Notes under the pieces: model-generated
Seen by the model: the letters and a program-made list of their open reading frames with translations, nothing else
Told to the model about the DNA's origin: nothing
The model's database searches: none
Made by a program: the position numbers and the translations under genes
Source: a virus
Taxonomy: Duplodnaviria > Caudoviricetes
IMG/VR virus record: IMGVR_UViG_3300028369_000016
Coordinates: 1-36,890 of that record
DNA length: 36,890 nt
Strand: one strand, 5' to 3'
Shown here: positions 34,813 to 36,890 of the stretch, piece by piece
Layout: every line of letters starts with the position of its first letter
Position numbering within the stretch: position 1 is the stretch's first letter

Positions 34813-35607
34813 TTGCCAACACTCCGCCGCAAGTATAGCGCGGCCTATGAGTTCGGGGATTTGGGGGACAACGGCGTTGCCGACAGCGCCTAATCTAGCC
34901 ACGAGGTCGGGAACCCCATGAGGCTCAGGGAGAAACGGGGATTCGCCGACCAATCCCCCGGCCGATCTTGCATCAAGACAGCGCGATGAAGCCAGTGCAG
35001 TTGCCGCTTGGGCTTGCCCGTAGACCGTAGCACTGCACTCCGATGCGAAAGACGGTAAAACCCACGCCCGTCGTTTTTGCTTGGGGTAGGCCACAATCCA
35101 GACACGCTCTCTCGCATGAGGTAGTCCCATTGCCCATGCCGGTATATTTCGCCACTCTGCATCGAACCCGCTGCCGGCCAAGTCTGACAAAACTCGGCTA
35201 AACCATCCACCTGGCCTGACAGAAGGGCCACTAAGCAAGTCTGCGACGTTTTCAAAGATTGCGTATTGGGGTCGTAACTCGCCAACCAATCGGATACACT
35301 CGGACCACAAACCGCTGCGGGTGCCATCCCCAATGCCGGCCTGCTTTCCAGCGCAGCTAATGTCTTGGCATGGGAAGCCGCCCGTGATGACATCAACGGC
35401 AATTCCATCCCGTCGAAGAATGTCGCCTGTGAGTTTGGTAACATCTTCATATTGCGGCACCTCCGGCCAATGTTTCGCCAACACCCTGCGCGGGAATGGC
35501 TCTATTTCGCAAAACGCAACTGTTTCAAATCCGCCTGTGCGCTCAAGTCCAAGGCTAAATCCTCCGATGCCGGAAAAAAGATCGAGGACGCGCAATTTGT
35601 CAGTCAT
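34543..35607 (-). CDS. C5-cytosine DNA methyltransferase (alpha polypeptide), reading in frame into VRR-NUC
   Basis: LDLFSGIGG (I), GGFPCQD (IV), ENV (VI), PHARERVW (VIII) and GNAVVP (X); motif IX is absent from this frame. Confidence 0.9.
   Translation of the reverse strand: MTDKLRVLDLFSGIGGFSLGLERTGGFETVAFCEIEPFPRRVLAKHWPEVPQYEDVTKLTGDILRRDGIAVDVITGGFPCQDISCAGKQAGIGDGTRSGLWSECIRLVGELRPQYAIFENVADLLSGPSVRPGGWFSRVLSDLAGSGFDAEWRNIPAWAMGLPHARERVWIVAYPKQKRRAWVLPSFASECSATVYGQAQAATALASSRCLDARSAGGLVGESPFLPEPHGVPDLVARLGAVGNAVVPQIPELIGRAILAAECWQMTFEKDIENALVRRVKTLGGTCEKFTSPGRRSVPDRIVTLPGGRVVFVELKAPGKKPTELQGRDHARRRALGCDVRIIDSKDDANAFTG
34890..35450 (-). CDS. Alternative-frame beta polypeptide of the C5 MTase (TRD plus motif IX)
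   Basis: +1 frame inside the MTase gene; LWPTP...D.RG and terminal NPRFSLSLMGFPTSW (motif IX-like). Confidence 0.72.
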   Translation of the reverse strand: MKMLPNSQATFFDGMELPLMSSRAASHAKTLAALESRPALGMAPAAVCGPSVSDWLASYDPNTQSLKTSQTCLVALLSGQVDGLAEFCQTWPAAGSMQSGEIYRHGQWDYLMRESVSGLWPTPSKNDGRGFYRLSHRSAVLRSTGKPKRQLHWLHRAVLMQDRPGDWSANPRFSLSLMGFPTSWLD

Positions 35608-36890
35608 ACACCCAGCCCCTTTAGAGCAATCATCGCCATGCCGACATATCGCTCAAAATCAACATCGTCAGGCATGGTGTCGGGCAAGTCCATGAGGGGC
35701 CTTGCGCCGTCCGACTTCGGAACCTTGTTTCCTGACTTGGCATAGGTGATGGCTTCATCCTGCGCGGCGCGGGTTGAGTAATAAAACCGAACAGATTTAC
35801 CCAGCATATCACCCCGCCACTCTGCCCCGCCTGTCACCTTGCGCACGGTAACAAACTGCGTCACGTCCTTGCAGTTGCGGATCACATCTCGAAAGTCAGC
35901 ATTGCCGGAAAGGTGCTGCGCCATTGCGTCAGCAACAATCGGGAAGTCGGGGTTTTTGCTTATTGCTGCCCCGCCAAATACACCCTTACCCTTGGTCGAT
36001 CCGTCCAGCTTGACAGCGATATAGTTATTCACGTCACGGCTATGCAGCGCGGTGTAGTCTGTCCGCTCAAGTTCGTATGATGTGGCCATCATCCAATCCC
36101 AGTTGGCTTGCGCTATGGCACCCTCAATTGCCTTTGGTGCCAAAACCACAACGCCGTCGGTGTTGGCGCTTACAACCTGCGCACCCGCCGCCTCATAGGC
36201 TTCTATAAGCATCAGCAGGCACAACTGTCCCGTGATTGTGGTTTGGATCATAAGGTTCGGGGCATAAAGGATCGACCACTTACTTCCCAGCTTTCCAAAA
36301 GACCCGTTCACAACAATCTTTAGCGTCTCGTTCGTTACCTTGTCGCCTGTCCGTTTAGCGACAAGGCGGCGCTCAAGTATCGACTGATACACCTTCAAGA
36401 AATACCCGGTCATGTTTTCAGGCTCAACCGCCTGCTGCAAAATGATGTTCGGATAGTAGCTGGCAACATCGAAATCTGATAAGAAATAACCTTCCCCGGC
36501 CCGCACGCTTTGCGCCTTTTCGGTGCTATGGAGGCCACCGATCCCCATTTGATATGACCCGCCGCCGATCTTGATCTTTGTATCTGCCAGCCAGTCGGGC
36601 ATTTTAATCGAGCCGTTGCCCGACAGTTCAAAATCATGCCCGCATATGCGTTTGAAAATAGCAGTCAGCGTGGGGTCGATAAATGACACCATGTCCGGAT
36701 CAATATAGCGCACAGTGTGGCCATCCTTTAATCGCAACGGGTGCAATACCTTTCCGCTGATGACTTCAATTTCTGATTTCAAGACCGCCTCGGCGATCTG
36801 CGCGTCCGACTTGCTGCGCAGATCAAGCCCATATTGCGCGCCCATATCAACGCGCAAGGCAAGCTGCGGTGCGATCTTATCAGCAAGCGC
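35604..36890 (-). CDS. Family B DNA polymerase, polymerase domain (start lies at 960 across the junction)
   Basis: Motif A DFDVASYYP, motif B KIVVNGSFGK, motif C NTDG, plus NNY and KGKG. Confidence 0.92.
   Translation of the reverse strand, partial: ALADKIAPQLALRVDMGAQYGLDLRSKSDAQIAEAVLKSEIEVISGKVLHPLRLKDGHTVRYIDPDMVSFIDPTLTAIFKRICGHDFELSGNGSIKMPDWLADTKIKIGGGSYQMGIGGLHSTEKAQSVRAGEGYFLSDFDVASYYPNIILQQAVEPENMTGYFLKVYQSILERRLVAKRTGDKVTNETLKIVVNGSFGKLGSKWSILYAPNLMIQTTITGQLCLLMLIEAYEAAGAQVVSANTDGVVVLAPKAIEGAIAQANWDWMMATSYELERTDYTALHSRDVNNYIAVKLDGSTKGKGVFGGAAISKNPDFPIVADAMAQHLSGNADFRDVIRNCKDVTQFVTVRKVTGGAEWRGDMLGKSVRFYYSTRAAQDEAITYAKSGNKVPKSDGARPLMDLPDTMPDDVDFERYVGMAMIALKGLGV
36405..36890. repeat. 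Terminal direct repeat, right copy
   Basis: Matches 1-486 with 7 substitutions. Confidence 0.97.

Noticed and set aside
1-36890. tRNA or rRNA genes
   Set aside because: No cloverleaf with T-loop and D-loop consensus was noticed in the intergenic regions; a tRNAscan run would be needed to exclude them formally.

Overview
The window appears to be an essentially complete, circularly permuted genome (about 36.4 kb) of a long-tailed (siphovirus-type) dsDNA phage. Bases 1-486 repeat at 36405-36890 with 7 SNPs, and the family B DNA polymerase gene runs across this junction. Modules: replication (PolB, DUF2815 SSB, DUF2800 Cas4-like nuclease, primase-SF3 helicase, SNF2 helicase, VRR-NUC), three DNA methyltransferases, packaging/head/tail genes, lysis (amidase, holin, overlapping spanins) and a leftward cluster of small accessory genes. 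I saw no integrase or CI-type immunity module. An alphaproteobacterial host is only a guess. The most striking element is a 357-aa Ala1 (KlbA/class 2-like) intein in the MuF head gene. Its endonuclease slot has no recognisable domain on the sense strand, but the opposite strand encodes a complete Vsr/DUF559-type endonuclease with its own Shine-Dalgarno. Other notable items: a C5 methyltransferase apparently built from two overlapping reading frames, a putative anti-SD sRNA, a large structured intergenic RNA candidate, a near-perfectly repetitive 7-blade propeller in the tail fibre and a YadA-anchor mini-autotransporter. All family assignments come from motif recognition by eye, not database searches.
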